NCBI GenBank assembly: GCA_964628985.1
Contig: CAZVNJ010000009.1
Span: 66-64,065 of the forward strand
DNA length: 64,000 bases
Direction: 5' to 3'
From: an uncultured Dehalococcoides sp.
GTDB taxonomy: Bacteria; Chloroflexota; Dehalococcoidia; UBA2979
A program made the position numbers and the translations under genes. Every line of letters begins with the position of its first letter. Position 1 is the first letter of the stretch. Under the pieces are notes generated by a model. That model saw only the letters and a list, made by a program, of their open reading frames with translations. It had not been told where the DNA came from and did not search any database. Below, one piece after another: positions 27,537 to 35,909 of the stretch.

Positions 27537-27655
27537 CGGCTGTCTCCTCAGCGGCGACGCGCGGCGGCGGCCGCGGCTGGCGGAGTATACGCATGGCCCG
27601 GGGAGGCTGGCTGAATCTGCCGTGCTACATTTCCCGTCGGTCAGGGAGGCGCCCC

Positions 27656-28150
27656 GTGGCGGAGATCGACTCTCGCGAGTTCCGGAACTGGGGTGGTCGC
27701 TTTGCCACCGGCGTCACGGTCCTGACGGTGCAGGTGGGCGACCAGTTGCGGGGCATGACCGCCAACGCCTTCTGCTCCCTCTCCCTCCACCCCCCGTTGA
27801 TCCTCGTCTGCATCCAGCACGGCGTGTCGATGCACCCGTTTTTTGAAGTGGCGGAGTCGTTCGGCGTGAACATCCTGGCCTCCGACCAGCGCGCGGTCTC
27901 CGAGCTCTTCGCGCAGCACGGCGAGCACGCCGCGCCGATGGGCGGCCAGGCCTATCGCATCGGCACCCTTGGTGCACCACTACTGGAGGGTGTGCTGGGC
28001 TGGGCGGAGTGCCGCGTCGAGGACCGTTACGCTGGGGGCGACCACATGATCGTCATCGGCCGCGTGGACTCGATGGCGGTGGAGCGGCCCGAGGCTGGCC
28101 CATTGCTCTTCTACTCAGGCAAGTACCGGGCGCTGGGCGACCTCGTCTAA
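27656..28150 (+). CDS. Flavin reductase family protein
   Basis: FATGVTVLT, GMTANAF.SLSL.PP, GGDH.IVIG, PLLFY.G.Y. Confidence 0.9.
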   Translation: MAEIDSREFRNWGGRFATGVTVLTVQVGDQLRGMTANAFCSLSLHPPLILVCIQHGVSMHPFFEVAESFGVNILASDQRAVSELFAQHGEHAAPMGGQAYRIGTLGAPLLEGVLGWAECRVEDRYAGGDHMIVIGRVDSMAVERPEAGPLLFYSGKYRALGDLV

Positions 28151-28193
28151 GACGCGTCCCGCTCCATCTGAGGGAGCAGGCGTCCGCAGCCGC

Positions 28194-28233
28194 GGGTACT
28201 CCCCGATACGGAGGGCGCCACACGCGCCGATAG
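28194..28233 (+). promoter_or_regulatory. Conserved upstream motif plus sigma28-like promoter (SLT gene)
   Basis: GGGTACTCCCCGA-TACG-N15-GCCGATAG. Confidence 0.7.
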
Positions 28234-28271
28234 CCTGACTCCGCGACGTGTGCACGTCGCGAGGAGAGCGC

Positions 28272-29348
28272 GTGGACGCACTGTCCCCCACCGGCCCCGG
28301 CGGAGCGGCGTCCCACGAGGTCGCCCGTACGGCCTCGCCACCGGCGCAGGCCGCCTCGTTCGCGGCAGTCCTCGAACGGCGGATCGCTTCGGCGCGGTCG
28401 GAGATCAACGGCGTGCGCGCGGAGATCGCTTCCCTGCGAGAGGGAGGGGCGCGGGCGCTCGCCGCGGGGGCCGCTGGCCGCGCCGCCACGGACCGCACAC
28501 GCCCGATGTCGATCGCGGACGTGGCCGCCCGCCTGAAGTCCATGTCGACGGGTGACACGGCTGATCCATATGGCTGGCGGCAGATGGCGCGCAGCACCGG
28601 CGAGTCCGTGATTGGCGCGGGATATGGAGCCATCTTCGAGCGGCAGATCCAGCAGGAGTCCGGCTTTGCCCCAGACGTCGTCTTCGGACTGCGCAAGTCC
28701 TCGGCGGGCGCGGAGGGGATCGCGCAGTTGATGCCCCAGTACTACCCGAACGTGGCCCGGTCTGATCCGCAGGCCGCCTTGCTGGCCGGGGCGCGCAGCA
28801 TGGAGCACTACCTCAGTGCATGGGACGGCGACGTCCGGAAGGCGCTAGCTTCCTACAACGCAGGGCTGGGCAAGGTTCGGCAACTCGTCGGCGCGCACGG
28901 CGACCGCTGGGAGAGCGCGCTGCCGATGGAGACACGGCAGTACCTGGCGGCCATCCTCGGCGACATGCGCCCGATGTACACGAAGCCCTCCAGCACCGTC
29001 GCCGTGTTTGGCGGGCGCGGCCCGGGCGGCGTCCTGACGATGCCGGTCGACCGCACCGGCAGCCGTCCGTCTGGGGATTCGCTGGACCTCTTCGCGCGTG
29101 CCGGCAGCCCTGTCCGAGCACCGGCGGATGGCACGGTGCGCGGTTCGTCTGGGAACGGCACCGTCACGATCGACCACGGCAACGGATGGCAGAGCACACT
29201 CGGCGGTATCGAGGGCAGGCTGCCGTCTGACGGCGCCTCGGTCAGGCGCGGCGATGTCCTTGGTGCTGTCGGAGAGGACGCAAGAGTCGTGCTTGGCCTC
29301 ACGCTCAACAGCCGGCCGGTGGAACCGCAGCGCTATCTGATCGGTTAG
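28272..29348 (+). CDS. Lytic transglycosylase (SLT) fused to degenerate M23 domain
   Basis: IQQESGF (catalytic Glu), GIAQLMP, ASYNAG, ETRQY; then GSPVRAPADGTV, IDHGNGW, VRRGDVLG. Confidence 0.82.
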   Translation: MDALSPTGPGGAASHEVARTASPPAQAASFAAVLERRIASARSEINGVRAEIASLREGGARALAAGAAGRAATDRTRPMSIADVAARLKSMSTGDTADPYGWRQMARSTGESVIGAGYGAIFERQIQQESGFAPDVVFGLRKSSAGAEGIAQLMPQYYPNVARSDPQAALLAGARSMEHYLSAWDGDVRKALASYNAGLGKVRQLVGAHGDRWESALPMETRQYLAAILGDMRPMYTKPSSTVAVFGGRGPGGVLTMPVDRTGSRPSGDSLDLFARAGSPVRAPADGTVRGSSGNGTVTIDHGNGWQSTLGGIEGRLPSDGASVRRGDVLGAVGEDARVVLGLTLNSRPVEPQRYLIG

Positions 29349-29420
29349 GCGGCCGACCGCTCGCGCGGTCCGGGCGGATTCCGGTAGCGCGGGGTGGATG
29401 CTACGATCGGCTGCCTCCGT

Positions 29421-29497
29421 GGTGGGTGTGGCCTAGCGGTTAGGGCGTCAGGTTGTGGCCCTGAAGATCGGGGGTTCAAATCCCCTCACCCACCCCA
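29421..29497 (+). tRNA. tRNA-His (GTG)
   Basis: Cloverleaf with GTGGGTG/CACCCAC acceptor stem, encoded G-1 and C73, TCAGG-TTGTGGC-CCTGA anticodon arm, GGTTCAAATCC T-arm and encoded CCA. Confidence 0.96.
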
Positions 29498-29604
29498 TGT
29501 GACCTGCCACCGCCGCGCCCGACACCGTGATCGAATCCGGCGGCGGGCGCGGCGGTGCTACACTTCGACTAGAAAGCACCCCACCTCCACCGAAGGACAC
29601 AGAC

Positions 29605-30732
29605 GTGCGGCGCGGACTCCTCGCCCTCCTCGCCGTGCTTGCGGTCATGCCGCTCGCGGTAGCCTGTCAGCAGGACGCCCCCGGTGGTACACCCCTGACC
29701 GAACGCTGGCTGCGCGTCGGCGAGGCCCCGAATGCCGAGGTCACCGTCTACGAAGAGAAGCTCCCGCCGAACCTCGTAGAACTCCTCAACCCAGGTGTGA
29801 CGAATGACGCCGACAAGGTCCAGTTGCCGGTGCACCCCAGCGGCAAACTGGTCGGTTCCTATGTCGTCCGCAAGCCGGACGGCAGCCACCTGGTCTGGCT
29901 GATCTATGACGTCGCCGAGGGTCCCGCCGCGGTGGTGAAGCGTGTGCAGGAACAATTGGACGGCCGTCCCTGGCAGGTGGTGGGCGCGCAGGCAGACGCT
30001 TCCGGCACGCTGCTGCGCTTCCAGTCCTCCACGGGCAGCGATGTCCAGGGGACGGCGATCGTGAACCAGCGGCCGGGCGCCAGCACCTACGAACTCGTCG
30101 TCGAGCGCGGTGGGAAGCGTTCGACGTTGAAGGTGGACCGCGGCAGCACCGTGCCTGACATCGCTGCCTCGCTCGGGGACGACCTCGTGGTGAAGCGAGT
30201 CGACCCCGGAGCCGCCAAGGCTGCGGGCCTGAAGGAAGGCGACAAGATCGTGCGTGTCGGCGGCACCGACGTGACGGACCGAAAGTCGCTCGCCGCGGCC
30301 CAGCAGGCGATCGCGAACGAAAAGAGCCCGAGCACCAGCGTGACATACGTGATGCAGGTGGCCCCGTCTGTCCCGGTGGACGCCCCGGTGTTCGCCGAGC
30401 CGGTGACACTGACTCTGCCTGACACCTTCCCGGTGAGGGGCTTCTTCGACCCGCTGATCGTGACCGAGTTCCAGTGGATCCAGCAGCCAGGAGCCTCGGG
30501 GTACTCGGTCTCGGCCGTCTCGAAGGACGGCAGCACGGCGCTGGCTGGTCGGCTGCGCGACGCGCTGCAGAAGGACGGATGGCAGATCCTGCAGGACGTG
30601 CCGTCGGGCGGCTCCACTCAGATGCAATTCCAGCATTCGGACGGGCGGTCCGGCGTAGCCGAAGTGACCCCGTTCGAGGCGGACTCTGCCTACACACAGG
30701 TGAACCTGCAGGTGCAGACCGGCCAGGGGTAG
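29605..30732 (+). CDS. Lipoprotein with central PDZ domain
   Basis: LAVAC lipobox; VKRVDPGAAKAAGLKEGDKIVRVGG is PDZ-like. Confidence 0.72.
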   Translation: MRRGLLALLAVLAVMPLAVACQQDAPGGTPLTERWLRVGEAPNAEVTVYEEKLPPNLVELLNPGVTNDADKVQLPVHPSGKLVGSYVVRKPDGSHLVWLIYDVAEGPAAVVKRVQEQLDGRPWQVVGAQADASGTLLRFQSSTGSDVQGTAIVNQRPGASTYELVVERGGKRSTLKVDRGSTVPDIAASLGDDLVVKRVDPGAAKAAGLKEGDKIVRVGGTDVTDRKSLAAAQQAIANEKSPSTSVTYVMQVAPSVPVDAPVFAEPVTLTLPDTFPVRGFFDPLIVTEFQWIQQPGASGYSVSAVSKDGSTALAGRLRDALQKDGWQILQDVPSGGSTQMQFQHSDGRSGVAEVTPFEADSAYTQVNLQVQTGQG

Positions 30733-30754
30733 TGCCGATCGCGCGGAGGGACGC

Positions 30755-30793
30755 GGGGTCTCCCTGATCCCGGCGGTCCGCCTGTTCCGAAAT
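30755..30793 (+). promoter_or_regulatory. Conserved upstream motif plus degenerate sigma28 -10 (fliC2 promoter)
   Basis: GGGGTCTCCCTGA-N18-TCCGAAAT. Confidence 0.5.
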
Positions 30794-30807
30794 CATCTCC
30801 CGGTAGT

Positions 30808-30839
30808 GCCGCGGCATGGACGCTGCGGCCCACCGGAGG
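30808..30839 (+). promoter_or_regulatory. Putative CsrA-binding hairpin plus SD in fliC2 leader
   Basis: gccgcggc-ATGGAC-gctgcggc stem-loop with ANGGA loop, then cGGAGG SD. Confidence 0.6.
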
Positions 30840-30843
30840 TCGC

Positions 30844-32043
30844 ATGTCGCTGCAGATCAACACCAACGTCACGGCGCTGAATGCCCAGCGCAACCTGGCC
30901 AGCACCAACCGCCGCCTCGGTGGGCTTTTTGAGAAGCTTTCCAGCGGCATGCGCATCAACCGCGCGGCCGACGACGCGGCCGGCCTCGCGATCTCCGAGA
31001 AGATGCGCGCCCAGATCCGCGGCATGCAGCAGGGCCAGCGCAATGCGCAGGACGGCATCTCCATGCTGCAGACCACCGAGGGCTCGCTCAACGAGGTCCA
31101 CAACGTCCTCCAGCGCATCCGCGAACTCTGCGTCCAGGCCAGCAACACGACGCTCTCTGCCTCCGACCGGCAGGCCACGGGCGAGGAACTCCTCGCGCTG
31201 CGTTCCGAGATTGACAACATCGGCAACCGCACCCGCTTTAACGGCCAGCAACTTCTGACTGGCGCCCTCGCCGTCAGCCTGGACGCGGCGAACTCCACCG
31301 CGGACACCGTGAGCTACGCCAACGGCGGTGCCACCACCTCCGTCTCCTCGATCGACGTGTCGAAGGCGGACCCCGGAGAGACGTACACGCTTTCGGCGGC
31401 CGGCGCGGTGCTGACCCTCACCCACGACGATGGCTCCGGGTTTATCCGGAACGAGACATTCACCGTGCAGGCGATGGGCGCGAGTGGTTCCCAGGCCGTG
31501 ACCTTCGAGCAACTGGGCGTCACCCTCAACCTCGTCCACGACGCGAATGCCGCCAACCACACCGGCGCCAACATCGCCAACGCGTTCGACACGACGACGG
31601 TTGTGACCGGCGGCGGCGGCAATGCGCGCTTCCGTGTCGGCGCCGACGTCGGCGACGACATCTCGCTCGCATTCCAGGACATGCGGTCGAGCGCCCTTGG
31701 CGACGCGAACAAGCTCGACACGCTGATCGCGGACAACGACGCCGTCTCCACGGTCGCGAAGGCGGACACGCTCCTCCAGTCCGTGGATGCCGCGATGGCC
31801 CAGGTCTCGCTGTTCCGCGCGAAACTCGGCGCGGCGCAGAATCAAATGGATACGGCGGTGAACAGCCTCGCCGTCGCGGTGGAGAATCTCTCCGCCTCGG
31901 AGTCCCGCATCCGCGACGCAGATATTGCCGAGGTCTCGAGCAAGATGATCGCCCAGCAAATCATGCAGCAGGCCGGCGTCGCCGTGCTTGCGCAGGCGAA
32001 CACGGCTCCTCAGGCGGTGCTCACGCTGCTCCAGGGCCGCTAA
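30844..32043 (+). CDS. fliC: Flagellin (copy 2)
   Basis: Same D0/D1 motifs as copy 1; collinear paralog. Confidence 0.97.
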   Translation: MSLQINTNVTALNAQRNLASTNRRLGGLFEKLSSGMRINRAADDAAGLAISEKMRAQIRGMQQGQRNAQDGISMLQTTEGSLNEVHNVLQRIRELCVQASNTTLSASDRQATGEELLALRSEIDNIGNRTRFNGQQLLTGALAVSLDAANSTADTVSYANGGATTSVSSIDVSKADPGETYTLSAAGAVLTLTHDDGSGFIRNETFTVQAMGASGSQAVTFEQLGVTLNLVHDANAANHTGANIANAFDTTTVVTGGGGNARFRVGADVGDDISLAFQDMRSSALGDANKLDTLIADNDAVSTVAKADTLLQSVDAAMAQVSLFRAKLGAAQNQMDTAVNSLAVAVENLSASESRIRDADIAEVSSKMIAQQIMQQAGVAVLAQANTAPQAVLTLLQGR

Positions 32044-32102
32044 GGTCGCCAGGCAGGTCGCAGGCCGCGCGGCGCGATCGCGGGCAACCCTTCGCGATCC
32101 TC

Positions 32103-32143
32103 GGGTTTCCCCCGAGACGGACGCCGGCCCGCAACGCCGATGA
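32103..32143 (+). promoter_or_regulatory. Conserved upstream motif plus sigma28-like -10 (flaG-fliD promoter)
   Basis: GGGTTTCCCCCGA-N20-GCCGATGA. Confidence 0.62.
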
Positions 32144-32202
32144 TCCGGACAGGGATGCCCGTGCCCGCGGCGTGACGGCACGCCTCGACGGGGCCCGCAA
32201 GG

Positions 32203-32547
32203 ATGGCCGCGATGGCCGACATCAAGATCGAACGAGGGCCCGCATCCATCGGCCCGGCCGCGGTCACGCCGGACCAGCGGCGCGGGAGCGGTGGGGGCGG
32301 ACGGCGGGACTCGGGCGATTCCGGTGCCCAGCCGCCGGGAGTCGAGGAACTCGCGCTGGCGCTGCGCGAGGAGGGGCGGAAGCACCTCGTCGCGCGGCTG
32401 GTGACGGATGAGTCGGGAGAGACGCGCGTGCGGATCGTGGACACGGACCGGGACGAGACCGTGGCGGTGCTCACACCGGACGAACTGCGGATCCTGGCTG
32501 CCCAGACGGGGCTCCCGTCTGGCCTGCTGCTGCAGGCTCGGTCGTAG
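32203..32547 (+). CDS. flaG: FlaG-like protein
   Basis: C-terminal VRIVDTDRDETVAVLTPDELRILA...G.L; lies between flagellin and fliD. Confidence 0.7.
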   Translation: MAAMADIKIERGPASIGPAAVTPDQRRGSGGGGRRDSGDSGAQPPGVEELALALREEGRKHLVARLVTDESGETRVRIVDTDRDETVAVLTPDELRILAAQTGLPSGLLLQARS

Positions 32548-32556
32548 GGGGACGGG

Positions 32557-34944
32557 ATGGTCTCCGGAAGCGCCAACACCTCGGGCAACCGGATCACCTT
32601 CGGAGGGCTTGCCTCCGGCATGGACACGAACTCGATCATCAACCAGTTGATGATCGTCGCCGAGCGGCCGATCACACTCGCCGCGCGCCAGCGGTCCACG
32701 ATCGAGAGCAAGGCCGCCGCGATCGGCAAGGTCGCCTCGGCCCTCTCCGCGCTGCAGACCCGCGTGCAGGCCCTGAACACCTCCAACACCTTCCGGACGC
32801 GCGTGGCGAACGTCCTGGCCGCCACCGCGGACGCCAACAAGGTGAGTGTCACCGCGCAGCCGGGCGCCTCGGTAGGTGCGTTCACGCTCAGCGTGAGCGC
32901 ACTCGCCACGTCGACGCGGGTGACGAGCGCGCAGCCCGCCGGCGCAGCCGTCTCCACGGCGGCCCCGCTGGACGAGGCCGGCATGGTCCCGGCTCCCACC
33001 GCGGGCACGTTCTCCATCAACGGCACGGTCTTCTCCATCGATGCCGCTACCGCGCGGACGGTGACAAGTCAGTCCGCCGTCGGCGCTGCCACGACCTCGG
33101 GGACCGCGCTCTCCGCCTCCGGTCTGGACATCCCGCCCACGGCGGCTGGGACGTTCGAAGTCAACGGCGTCGAGATCACCTGGGCGGACACGGACAAGAT
33201 CAGCGACGTGATCGGCTACATCAACGCCTCCGCCGCCGAGGTCTCTGCATCGTTCGACGCCAATACGCGCCAGTTCACACTCACGCGGAAGACGCCAGGC
33301 TCTGGCGGCACGATCACCGTCGCCGATACGAGCGGCAATTTCCTCGAAGCGATGAAGATCGTCGACGGTGGAAACGTCGTAGTAGGTACTGAGACGGCTG
33401 GGACGGACATGCCTTCGCTGGCGGACATCGTCGCGGACATCAACGGCGCCGCCATCGGTGTGACGGCGAGCATCGAGGACGACGCGTGGGGGCGGCCGAA
33501 CCTCCTGCAGATTACAGGCGGCGCCCCGGTGCAACTCGGGTCCGCCGCGGACACCAGCAACTTCCTGCAGGCCGCCAGCCTGCTGGCATCCCCCGCAGGC
33601 AACACACGAGTGAGCCAGCGAGGCCTCGGCGGGCTCGACATCACCGCCGACCTGGCGGACGCACGCCTCGTGACGTCGCTCTCCCAGCCGGCCGGGTCGT
33701 TCAAGGTGAACGGCGTCGAGTTCACCTATGACGCCGCCGTGGACTCGATCAGCAACTTGATCTCGCGTATCAACTCCTCATCAGCCGGTGTGACCGCCTC
33801 CTACAACCCATTCGGCGACGGCCTCACGCTGACCAACAACGCCACCGGGGCGATCGCCGTGGGAGTCGAGGATGTGACGGGAAACTTCCTCGCCGCCGCC
33901 GGGATCATCGGCACGACGCAGACCATCGGGACCAACGCCGCCTACTCGATCGACGGCGGCGCCACCCGCTATTCCACGTCCAACGTCATCGAGGACGCCC
34001 TCACCGGAGTGGCGATCACCGTGCGAGACGTCACCACGCAATCCGTCAAAGTCGACATCACCGTCCAGACGCAGTCCGTCGTGGACGCGGTGACCCAGTT
34101 CGTCTCGGCCTACAACGACGCACAGAAGGTGATGACGGACCTGGCCAAGTACAACCCGGACGGTGCCAGCGGCATCCTCTTCGGCGACGGGACTGTCCGC
34201 CAGATCCAGGGCGGGCTGCGTCGACCGCTGACCAGCGCGCTCGCCGGAGTCGCTTCGGGGATCCGCACGCTGTCGGATATCGGCGTCTCGTTCGGCGCTG
34301 TGGGGTCGGCGGTGGGCTCCACGGACACGCTGCAACTGGACGCACAGAAGTTGATCGCGGCGCTCAAGACACAGCCCGAGGCGGTCGTGTCACTCTTCAC
34401 CGCCTTCAGCCCCAACGCCTCGCTCACCCCGGGCGGCACCGGGTCCATCGCCTCGATCAGCGGGACGCCGACCCAGGCGACGCGCACCGGCACGTACAGC
34501 ATCGCCTCGACGGCTGGCGGCGCATTGACGGCGACGTTCACGCCGAATGACGGATCGGCACCGGTCACGACGACCGGGACGATCACGGCCGGAGGGACGA
34601 ACACCACGCTGATCCCCGGGGTAACCCTGACGGCGGCGGGCGCACTGGTTGCCGGCACGGACACTGTCGCGATCGGGGCGACGCAACAGGGCCTCGCGCG
34701 GACACTGAGCGAGTACATCGGTGTCCTCACTAAGACCGCCGGCGTGCTGCGAGCACGCACGGACGAGATGCAGAACACTGTCAAGGACATCTCCGACCAG
34801 ATCGAGAAGATGCAGGCCCGGCTGGCCGTACGCGAGCAGCAACTGGTCAAGAAATTCGCTCAGATGGAAGCCACCATCGCACGGATGCAGAACCAGCAAA
34901 GCGCCCTCACCCGCCTCCAGCAGCAGACATCGAGCAACCAGTAG
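32557..34944 (+). CDS. fliD: Flagellar filament cap protein, expanded (795 aa)
   Basis: GLASGMDTNSIINQLM N-terminus; FVSAYND, GILFGD, LVKKFAQMEATIARMQNQ C-terminus; internal Flagellin_IN-like repeats. Confidence 0.93.
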   Translation: MVSGSANTSGNRITFGGLASGMDTNSIINQLMIVAERPITLAARQRSTIESKAAAIGKVASALSALQTRVQALNTSNTFRTRVANVLAATADANKVSVTAQPGASVGAFTLSVSALATSTRVTSAQPAGAAVSTAAPLDEAGMVPAPTAGTFSINGTVFSIDAATARTVTSQSAVGAATTSGTALSASGLDIPPTAAGTFEVNGVEITWADTDKISDVIGYINASAAEVSASFDANTRQFTLTRKTPGSGGTITVADTSGNFLEAMKIVDGGNVVVGTETAGTDMPSLADIVADINGAAIGVTASIEDDAWGRPNLLQITGGAPVQLGSAADTSNFLQAASLLASPAGNTRVSQRGLGGLDITADLADARLVTSLSQPAGSFKVNGVEFTYDAAVDSISNLISRINSSSAGVTASYNPFGDGLTLTNNATGAIAVGVEDVTGNFLAAAGIIGTTQTIGTNAAYSIDGGATRYSTSNVIEDALTGVAITVRDVTTQSVKVDITVQTQSVVDAVTQFVSAYNDAQKVMTDLAKYNPDGASGILFGDGTVRQIQGGLRRPLTSALAGVASGIRTLSDIGVSFGAVGSAVGSTDTLQLDAQKLIAALKTQPEAVVSLFTAFSPNASLTPGGTGSIASISGTPTQATRTGTYSIASTAGGALTATFTPNDGSAPVTTTGTITAGGTNTTLIPGVTLTAAGALVAGTDTVAIGATQQGLARTLSEYIGVLTKTAGVLRARTDEMQNTVKDISDQIEKMQARLAVREQQLVKKFAQMEATIARMQNQQSALTRLQQQTSSNQ

Positions 34945-34968
34945 CGCGGAGCGGCCGGGCCGCGTGTC

Positions 34969-35008
34969 AGGGTTTCCCCGAGGCGCAAGTGCCGCCTCCC
35001 GCCGATGG
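34969..35008 (+). promoter_or_regulatory. Conserved upstream motif plus sigma28-like -10 (fliS promoter)
   Basis: AGGGTTTCCCCGA-N19-GCCGATGG. Confidence 0.62.
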
Positions 35009-35071
35009 TTCAACTGACCGGCGCACTGACAAGGTGGACGCCGGCCGGGCTTCGGACGTACGGAGGCAGGA

Positions 35072-35494
35072 TTGAACCAGGCGGCGCAGAACACGTACCT
35101 CCGCATCCAGACGGAGACGGCCTCCCCGGGCCAGTTGGTCATCATGCTGTATGACGCGCTGCTGCGTGACCTCGCTCGGTCCGAGCAGGCGCTCATGCGG
35201 GCCGACATCGAGGGCGCCCACGCCTCGCTGCTGCGCTGTCAGGATGTGATCCTCGAACTGATCGCCAGCCTGGACATCGCCGGAGAGGGCGAGGCCGGCG
35301 TGCTGGCTCGTCAGATGGCCCCCCTCTACGAGTACATCTACCGCCGCACTCTGGACGCCAGCCTGCGCAAAGACGTCGGCCCGGTGCAGGAGGTCGTCCG
35401 CCTGGTGACACCGCTACGCCAGGCCTGGCAGGTCGCCCTGGAGTCACTCGCCCTCGAGGCGGGAGGAGCATCGATGGAGGCCATCCGTGGGTAG
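35072..35494 (+). CDS. fliS: Flagellin export chaperone FliS
   Basis: Y...QTETASPGQLVIMLYD, LYEYIYRR, LRQAW. Confidence 0.92.
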   Translation: MNQAAQNTYLRIQTETASPGQLVIMLYDALLRDLARSEQALMRADIEGAHASLLRCQDVILELIASLDIAGEGEAGVLARQMAPLYEYIYRRTLDASLRKDVGPVQEVVRLVTPLRQAWQVALESLALEAGGASMEAIRG

Positions 35495-35891
35495 CGCCGC
35501 TCTCCAGTTCGAACTGCTCCGCGAGATCTTCGACCTGGCGCGCGCGCAGCGCGCCAGCCTGGAGACTGACGACATTGACCGCGTGCTCGACCTGATGGCC
35601 GAGCGTGAGGTGCTCCTCGAGCGGCTGACCCGCGTCGCCGAGGCGCACGCCGAGGTGCCGGAGAACGTGGTGGTCTTTCCGCGCGCCGTGGACTCCATCC
35701 AGCAGGACGCCATCGCCCTTGACACGGTGATCCGGGGCATCCTGGAGCACGACCGGCAGAACGAGGCGTTGCTGTTGGAGAAGATGGCGCAGGTCCGCGA
35801 GGAACTGCCCCGCGTGCGCCAGGCATTTCGCGCGGCGGGCGCGTACCGCCCGGTGGATGAGGCGCCGGGCTACGTGAACCGTCGTTCGTAG
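35487..35891 (+). CDS. FliT/FlgN-like export chaperone
   Basis: Helical protein with DDIDRVLDLMAEREVLL; directly after fliS. Confidence 0.6.
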   Translation: MGSAALQFELLREIFDLARAQRASLETDDIDRVLDLMAEREVLLERLTRVAEAHAEVPENVVVFPRAVDSIQQDAIALDTVIRGILEHDRQNEALLLEKMAQVREELPRVRQAFRAAGAYRPVDEAPGYVNRRS

Positions 35892-35909
35892 CGCATCGAG
35901 GGCGCGGCC

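Noticed and set aside
29421-29497. tRNA-His as attachment site of an integrated element
   Set aside because: No duplicated tRNA 3' end, integrase or phage genes were seen in the window.
23637-32043. Flagellin phase variation by inversion or recent gene conversion
   Set aside because: The copies are in direct orientation, there is no invertase or recombinase and no inverted repeats, synonymous sites differ throughout, and each copy has its own promoter.
30793-33534. 913-aa minus-strand ORF, and similar long antisense ORFs (930-2549, 11136-12800, 23622-25115, 44208-45686)
   Set aside because: They lie opposite well-supported genes, are Arg/Gly/Pro-rich with no motifs, and are the expected stop-poor shadow frames in ~70% GC DNA.
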